From contig CM059425.1 in NCBI GenBank assembly GCA_030390025.1, forward strand, positions 167,960,001-168,024,000: a DNA stretch of 64,000 nucleotides, read 5' to 3'. Both the position numbers and the translations under genes were made by a program. Positions 11,556 through 24,635 of this stretch are shown here, piece after piece; position 1 is the first letter of the stretch; every line of letters starts with the position of its first letter. Origin of the DNA: Squalus acanthias (taxonomy: Eukaryota). Under the pieces are notes generated by a model, which worked only from the letters and a program-made list of their open reading frames with translations, was not told the DNA's origin and did not search any database.

Positions 11556-11759
11556 TCTGAAGTACAAATATGCATCCAGCATTGCTAGAGAATTGAGTGT
11601 GGCAGTAGATGATTTAAAGGGCCGGGGTAAGTACAGTGAATTTGCAATATGTCAGTCATTTTTTTTTTTTCTATTGGCACTTGGGTGGGTTCTCATGAGT
11701 TTTTAAGCAATTTTTTCCACAAGCAACATTCCTGGCACCAATGGGCTTCTCAATGCAAA

Positions 11760-12250
11760 TCTCCCTATCTGAGGTGTTTGGAAAAAGAAGAAAAGGACCT
11801 ACAGAGGAATGCCAAGCAGGTCAAGCTACATGCCAGGACTGTTACATCTACAAACAGACCTAAAGGCACCACTAACATTTGTGAATGCACGACTAACCAT
11901 AATGTTGGATGCTTCCATGGAAGCTCCCCAATCATAGTGCATGATTTTAGTGCACTGCATGGAAGAAGTAATGCCAGGGCAATCAACATAGAGCATATTC
12001 TAATTGACCACACTTGCCAAACACCACCAACCATATCTGCAGGTACCAGCATACCTAATTGACAATGACCATGGGGAACTTTCTTCACACAGTCCAGACC
12101 ACAAGACAGCCAGATGTACAGCTGTGTCATCTACTACAAGGACAACTGCAATTGCCATGCTGCAGAGGGCTGGCATGTCCAGTGATAATAATGGTCAGGT
12201 GTGGACTGAAACCTGGCTCCTATTCCTTGCAGGCATGTTGCAATGCTGAT
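11760..12250 (+). mobile_element. Highly decayed Harbinger DDE transposase remnant
   Basis: NICECTTNHNVGCFHGSSPIIVHDF weakly resembles the V.CD...A.FPGS.HD motif. Downstream pieces resemble the EQTI..LK and CC.LHN..M.RG segments. Confidence 0.35.
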
Positions 12251-12460
12251 CTATGGGAATGGGGCTGTGGAGTGACACGTAGGGTTCATCCTCCTCGCAA
12301 TTACCTCATGCAGCACCACCTCCACTTCAACAGCCATCAAATAAAGCGTCAGGCACGGAGGTGCTCCATCACTTGCCTGCAGAGTCATCCCCACATCATG
12401 GGTTTCCATCCATCCCTTTAGTTCTGTCTGTTCTTTCTTAGCTCCTCCCCAAGGAACCGT

Positions 12461-12604
12461 GGCCAGAACTTTCCACTTCGGCTGGAGCATAAAATGGGCA
12501 ATATCAGATCGGCTGCCCCTGAAACACCACCCAATTTTCCTTTTCATTGACGTCAATCTGATTTCACCCATTTTACACCCCAGTCAAAGTTGAAAGTTCT
12601 GCCC
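12461..12604. mobile_element. Short MITE with long imperfect TIRs
   Basis: ggccagaactttccacttcggctggagcataaaatggg ... cccattttacaccccagtcaaagttgaaagttctgccc. Confidence 0.65.
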
Positions 12605-12740
12605 CATATCTCACCAGGGCCGGACTTTTCCTTGGAGCTGCTCCCGCTCTGCGCTCCCCATTTATTCCCCATGAGATAACTCTGAGGAAAAAAGATGGGG
12701 AAAGAGGTGAAAAATACCACCTTGTGTTGAGATACAGTGT

Positions 12741-15700
12741 CATAAGAACATAAGAAATAAGAGCAGGAGTAGGCCATACGGCCTCTCGAGCCTGCTCCGC
12801 CATTCAATAAGATCATGGCTGATCATCGACCTTAATTCCACTTTCCCGCCCGATCTCCATATCCCTTGATTACCCTAGAGTCCAAAAATCTATCTATCTC
12901 AGCCTTGAATATACTCAAAAACACAGCATCCACAGCCCTCTGGAGCAGAGAATTCCAATAATTCACAACCCTCTGAGTGAAGAAATTCCTCCTCATCTCA
13001 GTCTTAAATGGCCTACCCCTTATCCTGAGACTATGCCCCCTAGTTCTAGACACTCCAGCCAGGAGAAACAACTCTCAGCATTTACCCTGTCAATCCCCTT
13101 CAGAATCTTGTATGTTTCAATGAGATCACCTCTCATTCTTCTAAACACCAGAGAGTATAGGCCCATTCTACACAATCTCTCATCATAGGACAGCCCTCTC
13201 ATCCCAGGAATCAATCCAGTGAGCCTTCGTTACACCGCCTCCATGGCAAGTATATCCTTCCTTAGAAAAGGAGACCAAAACTGTGCACAGTACTCCAGGT
13301 GTGGTCTCACCAAGGGCCCTGTACAATTGTAGCAAGACTTCCTTACTCTTATACTCCAACCCCCTTGCAATAAAGGCGAACATGCCATTTGCCTTCCTTC
13401 TTGCTTGCTGTACCTGCATGCTAGCTTTCTGTGTTTCTTGCACGAGGACACCCAAATCTCTCTGAACACCAACATTTGAAAGTTTCTCACTATTTAAAAA
13501 ATATTCTGTTTTTCTATTCTTCCTACCAAAGGGAATAACCTCACATTTCCCTACATTATACTCCATCTGCCACTCACTTAGTCTATCTATATCACTTTGC
13601 AGCCTCTTTGTGTTCTCCTCACAGTTTACTGTCCCACCTAGCTTTGTATCATCAGCAAACTTGGATACATTACACTCGGTCCCTTCATCTAGGTCATTAA
13701 TATAGATTGTAAATAGCTGAGGCCCCAACACTGATCCTTGCGGCACCCCACTAGTTACAGCCTGCCAACCTGAAAAAGATCCGTTTATCCCTACTCTCTG
13801 TTTTCTGTCCGTTAACCAATCCTCTATCCATGCTATTATATTACCCCCAACCCCATGAGCCCTAATCTTGAGTAATAACCTTTTATGTGGCATCTTATCA
13901 AATGCCTTTTGGAAATCCAAATATACTACATCCACTGGTTCCCCTTTATCTACCCTGCTAGTTACATCCTCAAAAAACTCTAATAAATTTGTCAAACACG
14001 ATTTCCCTTTCATAAAACCATGTTGACTCTGCCTAATCATGTTATGATTTTCTAAGTGACTTGATACCACTTCCTTAACAATGGATTCCAGCATTTTCCC
14101 GACGACTGATGTCAGGCTAACTAGCCTGTAGTTCCCTGTTTTTTCTCTCCCTCCTTTCTTGAATAGCGGTGTTACATTTGCAACCTTCCAATCCGCTGGG
14201 GCCATTCCAGAATCTCAGGAATTTTGGAAGATCAAAACCAATGCATCCACTTTCTCTTCAGCCACCTCTTTTAGAACCCTCGGATGTAGGCCGCAAGTCC
14301 AGGGGATTTGTCGGCTTTTAGTCCCATTAGTTTCTCTAGTACTTTTTCTCTACTTATATTAATTACGTTAAGTTCCTCACCCTCATTAGACCCTTGGTTC
14401 CCCACCATTTTTGGCATGCTTTTTCTGTCTTCTACTGTGAAGACAGATACAAAATATTTGTTTAACGTTTCTACCATTTCCTTATTCCCCATAATAATTT
14501 CTCTTGTCTCAGCCTCTAAGGGACAAACGTTTACTTTTGCTACTCTTTTCCTTTTTACATACTTGTAGAAACTCTTACAATCTGCTTTTATATTTACATA
14601 GAAACATAGAAACATAGAACAGTACAGCACAGTACAGGCCCTTCGGCCCTCGATGTTGTGCCGAGCATTGTCCGAGACCAAGATCAAGCTATCACACTCC
14701 CTATCACTCTGGTGTGCTCCATGTGCTTATCCAATAACCGCTTGAAAGTTCCTAAAGTGTCCGACTCCACTATCACAACAGGCAGTCCATTCCACACCCC
14801 AACCACTCTCTGAGTAAAGAATCTACCTCGGACATCCCTTCTATATCTCCCCCCATGCACCTTATAGTTATGCCCCCTTGTAACAGCTGCCTCTACCCGA
14901 GGAAATAGTCTCTGAACATCCACTCTATCTATCCCCCTCATCATCTTATAAACCTCTATTAAGTCGCCTCTCATCCTCCTCCGCTCTAAAGAGAAAAGCC
15001 CCAACTCCCTCAATCTTTCCTCATAAGACCTCCCCCCCAAACCAGGCAGCATCCTGGTAAATCTCTTTTGCACTCTTTCCAATGCTTCCACGTCCTTCCT
15101 ATAGTGAGGTGACCAGAACTGCACACAATATTCCAAATGTGGTCTCACCAAGGTCCTGTACAGTTGCAGCATAACCTCACGGTTCTTAAACTCAAACCCT
15201 CTGTTAATAAACGCCAACACACCATAGGCCTTCTTTACTGCTCTATCCACTTGAGTGGCAACCTTCAGAGATCTGTGGATATGAACCCCCAGATCCCTCT
15301 GCTCCTCCACGTTCCTCAGAACCCTGCCGTTGACCCTGTAATCCTTATTCAAATTTGCCCTACCAAAATGAATCACCTCGCACTTATCAGGGTTAAATTC
15401 CATCTGCCATTTTTCGGCCCAGCTCTGCATCCTATCAATGTCTCTTTGCAGCCTACAACAGCCCTCCACCTCATCCACTACTCCACCAATCTTGGTGTCA
15501 TCAGCAAATTTACTGATCCACCCTTCAGTCCCCTCCTCCAAGTCATTGATAAAAATCACAAACAGCAGAGGACCCAGCACCGACCCCTGTGGCACACTGC
15601 TGGTAACTGGTCTCCAGTCCGAAAATGTTCCATCCACCACCACCCTCTGCCTTCTATGAGATAGCCAGTTACTTATCCAATCGGCCAAATTTCCCTCTAT

Positions 15701-16270
15701 CCCACAACTCCTTACTTTCTTCATGAGCCGACCATGGGGAACCTTATCAAACGCCTTACTAAAATCCATGTATACGACATCAACTGCTCTACCTTCATCT
15801 ACACACTTAGTTACCTCCTCAAAGAATTCAATCAAATTTCTTGCTAGTTTTCTCTCATATTCAATTTTTTCCTTTTTATCAATTTTTTCATCAACCTTTG
15901 CTGGTTTCTGAAACTCTCCCAATCCTCAGGCTTACTATTATTCTTTGCAACTTCTTTAGTTAGCCATGGTTGGATCACTTTTCCCGCGGAGCTTTTGTTT
16001 CTCAATGGAATGTATTTTTGTTGAGAATTATGAAATATTTCTTTAAATGCTAGCCACTGCTTATCTACCGCCATACCTTTTAATCTATTTTTCCAATCTA
16101 CCTTAGCCAACTCGCCCCTCATACCTATGTAATTGGCTTTATTTAAGTTTAAGACTCTAGTTTCGGACTTAGGCAAGTCACTCTCAAAATTAATGTGAAA
16201 TTCTATCATATTATGATCACTCTGCCCTAGAGGATCCTTTACTATGAGATTGCTAATTAACCCAGTCTCA
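12741..16270 (-). mobile_element. CR1 LINE (5'-truncated, frameshifted), interrupted by a second CR1
   Basis: ORFs 13183-14205, 14271-14590 and 15844-16209 carry CR1 ORF2 motifs (DWKVANVTPLFKKG, QHGFMKGKSCLTNL, FADDTK). The tail cataagaacataagaa is at 12741. Confidence 0.95.
14596..15839 (-). mobile_element. Nested younger CR1 of a different subfamily
   Basis: Uninterrupted RT frame NLIEFFEEV...IGSVIA*, with an (ACATAGAA)n tail at 14596-14620. It splits the host reading YERKLARN|IKADCKSFY. Confidence 0.93.
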
Positions 16271-16704
16271 TATTTCCCTCCTTTTGCTAATTTTAAGAAA
16301 AATGTAGATGTGAGTAGGAATTAGGGAGTTAGATGATCTCAGCCAAGCCAGTCACAGGGGTGCTGCACCTGGTCTCAGCAACCCTGAGTGAAGGAATGGG
16401 AAAATCAGGCAAGATTTTCACTTCTGCTCAGAGAGAAATATATACCTCACAACACCCACAATGGAATAGTAGAAAATGTATGGTGCATTTTATCTGTAAT
16501 GGATGGACGGATTACCAAATATAAGGCATGAGAAAAAAATATCCTCCCTAAAGGGAAACATGAATAGTTTGGTAAACTCTGGTCTCTACTTTTATTAAAC
16601 TTTTTTTTATTATTTATAAGGCCAAATGCCTCAGACAAATATTAATTATCATCCAACTTGGAGCCCGGCACCATTTGTTGTTTGTGCTAGTGAGGAGAAT
16701 CTAT

Positions 16705-17550
16705 GGGCTGGATTTTGTGAATGGAGGCGAGTTGGAGGCGGGACAGCTGCTTGTCATGTCAATGTCCCGCCTCCATCCTCACCTGACCAACCAGAGGGAT
16801 TTTACCCTGATTGAGCTTGTTAAGCACTGCCTGCGGGCTCAGCAGGCCAATTAGGGAGGAAGTCACTGATAGATCACGTCAACGTCAGACGTGCTATCTG
16901 TCAAGACTTCTTCAAAGAAGAAATGTTAGCGTTTGACAGCTCTGTGAAGCTGTCAAACACTGACGTTCTCTTTAGTTTGATGAGTCCTAGTGTTGAGGAC
17001 TCATCAAACCTTTCAAATTTGTAAATTTCACATGGCTATTGGAACGGAGGTTCCAACAGCCATTCTGTGAAATTGACAAGCAGGATATCGGCTCTCCCGA
17101 TCCACCGCGGCTAAAGGCTGTATGAAGAAAACAAGGTAAGTGTACACTTTTTTAAACTTATCACTCACCTTGCATACTTACCACTCCACACTTGCACCCA
17201 TCACTCACCTCTACACCTTACTTTCAGGTCCCGCAGACCCCCGCAGACCTCCTCCACATCTCCTCCAACCTGGCGGGATTCTCCGAGGTCGGGAAGCCTT
17301 CACCTGTGAAGGTAAAATGGCACTAATCCTTTTTTCTGCCTGTTAGCTACCTGTTAACAGGCAGTTAAAAGGATTAATTGCCTTTCCCGCCTCCAGGAGA
17401 TGGGACCCGAAGCTGCACATCTTCCCACCTCCTGACAAAAGGGCACGGAGGCAGGATGGGGGCGGCTTTGCCATTCGCCCCCACTTTCTCCGAATTTACC
17501 GGCTGTCCCGCCTCCATACCCGCCTCCTCGGGGCTTGGAAAATCCAGCCC
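16705..17550. mobile_element. Harbinger-like non-autonomous element
   Basis: Perfect 12-bp TIR gggctggatttt / aaaatccagccc. The TSD is not conserved (tat vs aca). Confidence 0.75.
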
Positions 17551-18447
17551 ACAGTTGCTGGAGACTGAGGGCATTTTCTGCAATCTGTTACCCGAGAAGA
17601 CAACATAGAATCACATAGCTAAGCTGGGTGTGTGGATGGCCTGAATATTAACAGCAACCCTTGTCCTTTATGGAAATAAGAGAGTCAGTAACCATTAAAG
17701 ATAGCCCTTTGTGTGGGTTTGGTAAGTGCTGAGGGAATTCACAGGGCAGAATTTTTAACATGAAGAGTTTCAGAAATGATTCAGTGTGACTGGGGGAGGA
17801 GGAGCGGAAGGAAGTACCTGAATGGGATCAGCTGGTTTATATCCTATTTTTGACCAAAGGGAAACTCCAGGCTCATTTGTAAAGGACAGAACACTTCACA
17901 AATTTGTCATCTTAGCATTGAGCTGTTTTTAATAAATGCCACTTAAAACAGGAAAGGCATGTTTCAAAGGGCAGATTTTCCATCTGTTGATAACTGCCTT
18001 CAAACGCTGCTAAAAGATCATTAGCAGCCATTTGTTTCCTTCAGATCATGATGTCACACTGTGTCTGAAATTACATAGAAACTTAGGGCTTCAGCAATTT
18101 GGAACATCATTTTTTAGTGCAGGATAGCCATTTGCAAACAGAAAACTACGATTCACTTTAATAGCTTGTTTTTATTAAATTAAATCTATCTAAAACATGA
18201 CCTCCTGTTTTCATATTTATAATGTTTATATCTTAGCCACTAGTAATCAGCAGTACGCAGCATCATCTGGTGACACAAACCATAAATAGCTGCTCTCAAT
18301 ATAACGAATGTATTCATTTCAAAACCTACTTTTAACTACTTTGATGAACTAATCTGGCATTCTTGGACATATCAGGATTGATTCTGCAATTGGGTGCTTT
18401 TAGCAAGGAGTGGCGATTGCAGGGAAAGCAAACTAGGAAATCACAGT

Positions 18448-18610
18448 AATAAAAACAGAAAACACTGGAAATACTCAGCAGGTCAGGCAGCATCTGTGGA
18501 GAGAGTAACAGAGTTAACGTTCCAGGTTGATGACCTTTTGTCAGAACTGCAGTATTTCCAGCATTTTATGTTTTTATTTCAGATTTCCAGCATCTGCACT
18601 ATTTTGCCTT
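18448..18610 (-). mobile_element. Penelope-derived palindromic mini-element with a mutated hammerhead core
   Basis: The minus strand reads cagttCTGACAAaaggtcatcaacctGGAACGTTaactctg, inside inverted arms of the 1-158 family. Confidence 0.75.
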
Positions 18611-19220
18611 TGTGTTTGGAAATCGCAGGCCCACAGCACATGCATTTCCATTCATTTATTTTAATGGATGGGCTATATGGGCTGCGGGCCCAACATTTCT
18701 TGACCTGCTCTCCCTTTGGGTGCCACCTGCTTGCTGGAACTGCTGATCAGACTCAGCCCCAGTATTTTCTTTTACTCTTGGCTAGTTCTTGTGCTAGCCG
18801 CTTATCAATTTACAACTCATTTATGTTGCTTTTATGTAATGTTTTTTTATCTTAATTCCCTTGATGCCAAATCTGGCCCATTGAAACTGTGGAGCAGTTT
18901 TGACAACATGGTAATGGGCACGGTTGCAGTCGCCCAGAAATCACAATATTGGGAGAAGGTCAGTGATGGCAAGAGCATTACTGAGAAGTGAGCTTGCCCA
19001 GACAGAACTAAGATGGCAGATCCAACAGAAGATGCTACATAGCTCTGCCGCTGTCAGAATGTTCTGTCAGAGGCACCCAGCAAAACCCTTGCCCATGAGG
19101 CCTTCGGTGCCTCTATTGGCACTTACAGCAGGTGCTTTACAGTACTGGCAAGCTTACTATCAAAATCAACCCTGTAATAAAATGGAGACATCATATAAGA
19201 AATCAATCTAGAAGCTGATT

Positions 19221-19620
19221 CATAGAATTACATAGAATTTACAGCACAAAAACAGGCCATTTGGTCCAACTGGTCTGTGCTGGTGTTTATGCTCCACACG
19301 AGCCTCCTCCCACCCTATTTCATCTAACCCTATCAGCATATCCTTCTATTCCTTTCTCTCTCACGTACTTATATAGCTTCCCCTTAACTGCATCTATGCT
19401 ATTCGCCTCAACTACGCCATGTGGTAGCGAGTTCCACATTCTAACCACTCTGCGTAAAAATGTTTCTCCTGAATGACTTATTGTATTTATTGGTGACTAT
19501 CTTATATTTATGCCCCTAGTTTTAGATTCCCCACAGGTGGAAACATCTTCTCTGCATTTACCCTATCAAACCCCTTCATAATTTTAAAGACCTCTATTTG
19601 GTCAGCCTTCTTTTGTCTAG
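19221..19620 (-). mobile_element. CR1 3' fragment
   Basis: catagaattacatagaa tail. The reverse complement resembles the CR1 ORF2 end and 3' UTR. Confidence 0.8.
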
Positions 19621-19629
19621 ATTCTAGAT

Positions 19630-19972
19630 TCCTGTTTGCTGCTATAACTCTCCGAGATGTCTGCGCTCCTCCAATTCTGGTCTCCTGAGCATCCCGATTT
19701 TAATCGCTCCACCATTGGCGGCTGTGTCTTCACCTGCCTAGGCCGTAAGCTGTGGAATTCCCTCCCTAATCCTCTCCGCTTCTCTACCTCTCTCTCCTTC
19801 TTTAAGACGCTCCTTAAAACCTACCTCTTTGACCGAGCTTTTGGTCACCTGTCCTAATATCTCCTTATGTGGCTCGGTGTCAATTTCTTTTTGATAACGC
19901 TCCTATGAAGTGCCTTGGGACGTTTTACAACATTAAAGGCGCTATATAAATGTAAATTATTGTTGTTGTTAT
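19630..19972 (+). mobile_element. L2-type LINE 3' end
   Basis: RSTIGGCVFTCLGRKLWNSLP...FKTLLKTYLF C-terminus, then tgaagtgccttgggacgtttt...ggcgctatataaat and a (TTG)n tail. Confidence 0.85.
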
Positions 19973-20007
19973 AATGTTTGCACAATCCAACTTTTCAAAA
20001 ACACACT

Positions 20008-20177
20008 GGGGTCAATTTTCCTCTTCACCACATGGTCGGTAATCTGCTGGAATGGATTTTCCGCCCAATTTTCATTCTATTAAAATCAACGGAATTAAAA
20101 TTGGGTGGGTTCTATAAGGTGCGGGTGATTTGCTCTGACAGATTAATGCCCATATTCTGAAGTCAAAAATTTACCCC
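20008..20177. mobile_element. Short MITE
   Basis: ggggtcaatttt ... aaaatttacccc terminal inverted repeats. Confidence 0.55.
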
Positions 20178-21232
20178 AAGGAGTTGTCAACAGTTGAAAG
20201 CACCAATGCAGTTCTCTGCCTTTGCTTTTCCATTGTAAACTATGAGAGTACCAAAAGTAAAGGCAGCAATGGTAGTGGCATGGCTGTACCAGTGCTGGTG
20301 GTGTAGTAGCTTAGAAAAGAATGATGAGAACTCAGCAAGCAGCCTCACATTTCTCCAGAAATGGAAGAATTTGCACAGAAAATAAACATTTTAAAAACTG
20401 GTGCACTTACACAATAGTTTATAAAAAATTAAGATGTATAAAAAAAAAGTAAGTCATATTGTCACACATCTTGCAAAAAAACCACGTGTTTAAAAAGGAG
20501 TTACAACAGTATGGGCAATGATGCTGTTATCACACTGCTGATCAGGTCCAACACCACATTTTTTTAAATAAAAAATTATATTTAATAAAAATCATAAGAC
20601 CACATGGTCTTATGCTGCGGCAGATGTACATTTCAAGATTTCACCATGGCAACATGATCATGCTGTAGCAGGGATCTTGGAAAACACTGTTACCATTGTT
20701 CCCGAAAATGTGCCTGGTGGAAAACCACAACTAGAGTACACCACCCATTAGAAAAAAATTCCTCTACAAATCTGCGTGATCTTTTGCTTTTTGAAATAGT
20801 TTAATCCCCAGTCTTAAGACGCAGAAATGTAGATGTGCTGATGCAAGGAACCATTGAACTATTTCCAGCTGCAGCCTTGGGTGAAAATAGCGTGGTACTC
20901 AACATTCAAGAGATGAAGACTGGCACTAATCATTTCATTTGACATCGTTAGAAATTATAGCTGTTCATTCCAGACTTGTCTGCACAAATTAAACCACTGC
21001 ATCTGACTTTTATAGCCAAAGGGTAGTTAATGTGAGATGGATTCTAATTAGTTTTGGATCACATTGCAAAAGTGTTCCCTAATTAGAAAAGATGCAAATC
21101 CAAGATTTGCTCCGGTGAAATTTAATCATAGTCAAAATGAGATATGCAAAATAGAAGTGTAATGTCACACTCCTGGACACCGAGGCTCCAATTTCCTAAC
21201 CTGGCAGCTTCTAAATCTTTCTTAAACACAAT

Positions 21233-22762
21233 GGCCTGGAATTTGCGGTCAGTGGCGAAGCAAAAGCGTTCGCCGCTGGCCCCTGAAGTAAGCTTCACAC
21301 AAAGATCTCGCGATCTCTGTGTCGAGAACTTCGGGTTTTCCGACGTTCAATTCAAACCAATGGAGTTTAGTGGGGATTCCCTCCTGCGAGCTGCTGTGAC
21401 ACCAACAAGTTGTTTAAGTAGCCAATCAAAAGGCAGAATTCTCACAGACAGCGAACAAGGAAGTGGGTAAACACTTAAAATTCTAACTTCTTAAAAATGT
21501 TAGAGAGAGCAAAACAAAGAATGAGTCTCTCACATGGGGAAAAGGCAAACCTAAAAAAAAGATGAAGAATCTTTAAAAAAATGTTAAAAAAAATAAATTT
21601 AAGTTTCTTAAAAATTTAAATTTTTATTAAAATGGATACATTTCACACTGCACAAAATGAAAATTAGTTTTTCAGGCTCATAACCTTTGTTTAGCAGTCA
21701 ATACGCTGTTAAAACCCCAGTTACACCGAATCCCTTTGGGTCTAACTTTTAGTGGGGAATTTAACAGCGTAATTACTGCGGAAGAGACAATGGCCTAGAA
21801 ATTCTGTTCCCTATGGGTGGGTACGCGCTGTGTACTCACCCATAGGGCCAACGGAAGTGCTGGTTTTACGCATGCACTGCGCATGCGCTGGAAACCGGCA
21901 CTTCAGTTATCTGCAGAAAGGGCTTCACAGGTCAAACGCCTGCGCCGGATAGGCAGCGTGTACGGCAGAAACTTCCGTTTTTTTCACAGTTGCTTCAGTC
22001 CAGGTAAGTCGGGAACAGCTGCGCCTAGAAAAGCAGGCGCAAGGCCTGCTTTTACCAGGCTAATAGTTTAAGAAGGTAAAAAAAAAATGTTTTCCACTGA
22101 TTTATCATTTTAAAATACTTTAAAGAAAGGTAAGTTTATTTTTAGCCCCGTTAAAAACTTTAATTATTTTTTTCAAAAATTTAAATTTTGTTTAAAATAG
22201 TTAATTTATGTAATTTATAGTCATTTTAAAATGTGATTTTAAAAAAAATTTATTTGAAGTTTTACTTATGTTTTGGGGCTGATCTCTATTCATATATTTG
22301 ACAGGTCTCCTGTCAAATCTATGAATGGAGATTCCCTGCTCTGATTGGCTCCCCATGGCCCACGTGATCCCAGGGACGCTGCGAACTACCTGCGCCCTGG
22401 GATACGCGTGCCCTGCTCACCGGCAGTTTGAAGAGGCCCAGCAACAGAATTCTGCGCCTCCCGGGAACCCTCCGGTCCAGGCGAAGACTTTTTCAAATCG
22501 CAGCCCTCCGCCCGCGGGAGGGCTGTGAACGGAATTTCTGGGCCAAAGCTTTTGTCACTTTCCCTGATTTGAGTGATTACACAGATTGCCGGCTCTGTGG
22601 GGGTGTGGGGGGCACAGCGCAGCCTGTGTCGGAGCTGTGAATGACTGACTGCAACATCAGGATTTCCGCATGCGCCAAATCCCAAAGTTGTCGTCAGTTT
22701 CAAAGGTGGAATGATGGCGAACGCTGCCAGTTTGCCATCATCCGGACTGCAAATTCCGGGCC
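21233..22762. mobile_element. Harbinger-like TIR element hosting a nested element
   Basis: TIR ggcctggaatttgcggtc / gactgcaaattccgggcc, with an AAT TSD on both sides. A homologous copy in the opposite orientation starts at 32526. Confidence 0.85.
21792..22544. mobile_element. Nested Harbinger-like MITE
   Basis: TIR ggcctagaaattctgttc / gaacggaatttctgggcc. Flanks are aat / aaa. Confidence 0.8.
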
Positions 22763-22765
22763 AAT

Positions 22766-24602
22766 GGGGTCAAATTTACAGGGGCGATTTACTGGAAATG
22801 GATTGGAAATTCCTCTCACCCCATTAATGCGCCCCTGACCCTGTCTCAAATACTGGGGGCAGGACTATTGCATACTGTTGCTGAGTGCCCACACGATTTA
22901 TGACACAACTGGGACTCCCGCCTCAGGGAACTGGAAGCCAGATCTGGTTACCCAAAGACTGTATTATTCCATAGGGAATCTCCAGCCTTTTAACCTTTAA
23001 ATGCCTCAGGTGCCCTTAGCAATGTTGGATGTCAGGGATGAATAGGCATCCCTTACAACCAACGCTGCTACGGACGGACACAAATTTGGCAATTACTTTG
23101 CGTGATATTATTTGAATATGCCCACCCATTTGTGAGCTGATTTATTACGTGCCCACTCCAAAATCAGCTGCAAATTTTGAAATGTGCATGGTTCTCACCC
23201 TAAATTCCACCCCAACCGCCCAGAATACAACATTGTTACCACAAAAAGATCAAGGAAATTTAGGGCCAATATTTCAAAGCTCAATGTTGTATCTGCAAAT
23301 TTGTATTGTGAATGTGCAAGAAAAAAAATGCACCTTTTTTCCAATACTCCAGGAGTTCTGAGGTAACTTCAGAGCATTAGCCCACTTTCAAGTGTTCAAT
23401 CACTTTAAAGAGGCATATTGCAGAGAAATAAGTTATACCAGCTTTAACTCTTAATAAACCTTTCCAGAAAAAAAACACAGAAAAATAATCTTGCCAAAAC
23501 ATGCAGGGGTAGAAATTGGCATGCATTTTGCTCGTTTTTCAGAAGTAATATGGACGCAACATACACTAATTTCCACTGCCCGATATGTGGCTGCTGACAT
23601 TCTAGATGCACAGCTTTCAGGCATCCCTGGTGGCTACCTGAAAGCACCACTGGCCCAATTTAAAGGTGAAAAGGACCCTTTTGCCACTTTGGGCAAAAAT
23701 CCATCGGCGCTTGTTTCTGTAGGGTGGAACAGCGATATATGTCCAAGTTGAGACTTGGAGGGGAACCTGGAGGTGAAGATGTTCCCATGTGCCTGCTGGC
23801 CTTGTCCTTCTAGGTAGTGAAGGTCGCGGCCGTGGGAAGTGCTGCAGAGAAGCCCTGCCAGGTTATTGCGGTGCATCCTGTAGATAGTGCACACTGCAGC
23901 CACGGTATGCCGATGGTGGAGGGAGTAGATAAATTGTAAGGAAATATTGTGACTAATAAAATGAAGGCAGGAGAGAGTGGCAGAGACAGACAGGTGGGGA
24001 CAAAAGCATTGTTTTCAAACCCTCCCACCCGCACAGGCACACCATTTTAACCACGGGCCCAACTAAGGCCAATACGGTTTCCAACCTGCCAGCAAGGATC
24101 CTGGCCACAGGAGGCCTAAATAAGTGACTACTTACAGTTTTTAGATGTTCGCCGCTAGGCCCATGAGGATACCTTGGGCTTCTCCTGCCTCGGGAATCCC
24201 CCAATCGTGAATTTGTCGACCCTCCGCCCAAATCCTTACTTACCTTGCTGGGAACCATTAACAGTGGCAGCCTGACCTCCAAAAAATTCTTCCGGACATA
24301 ACATGCTCCAGGAGGCCAGATGGTTTACTGTCTACACCCCTGTTTCCCCTCCCCAGATACAGAGAGAAAGACAGAGGGAGAGGGACAGAGATCGAGGCAC
24401 AAGGGTTAATGCGATCAATTTTATGATTTAGCACTCCCAATGCACAACTTCATGTTACAGGAAAGGACATCAGAATTTTGGGCACAGAGGATAGTTAGCC
24501 TGATTTGAATTGGACGCAGTGACCTCCATACCTGAATGTTTAATAGGTGCTCCCATTGTGTGAAGCTGTGAACCGGGAGCGGCAAATTGTAAAATTTACC
24601 CC
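22766..24602. mobile_element. TIR element abutting the previous element, with internal insertions
   Basis: ggggtcaaatttaca / tgtaaaatttacccc. Flanks are aat / aac. Confidence 0.6.
23720..23925 (-). mobile_element. Fragment of the LINE family seen at 36133 and 62851
   Basis: MAAVCTIYRMH segment shared with ORF 36327-36830. Confidence 0.75.
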
Positions 24603-24635
24603 AACATCATTTTCCTGTGATGTGCTTTTGGGAGA

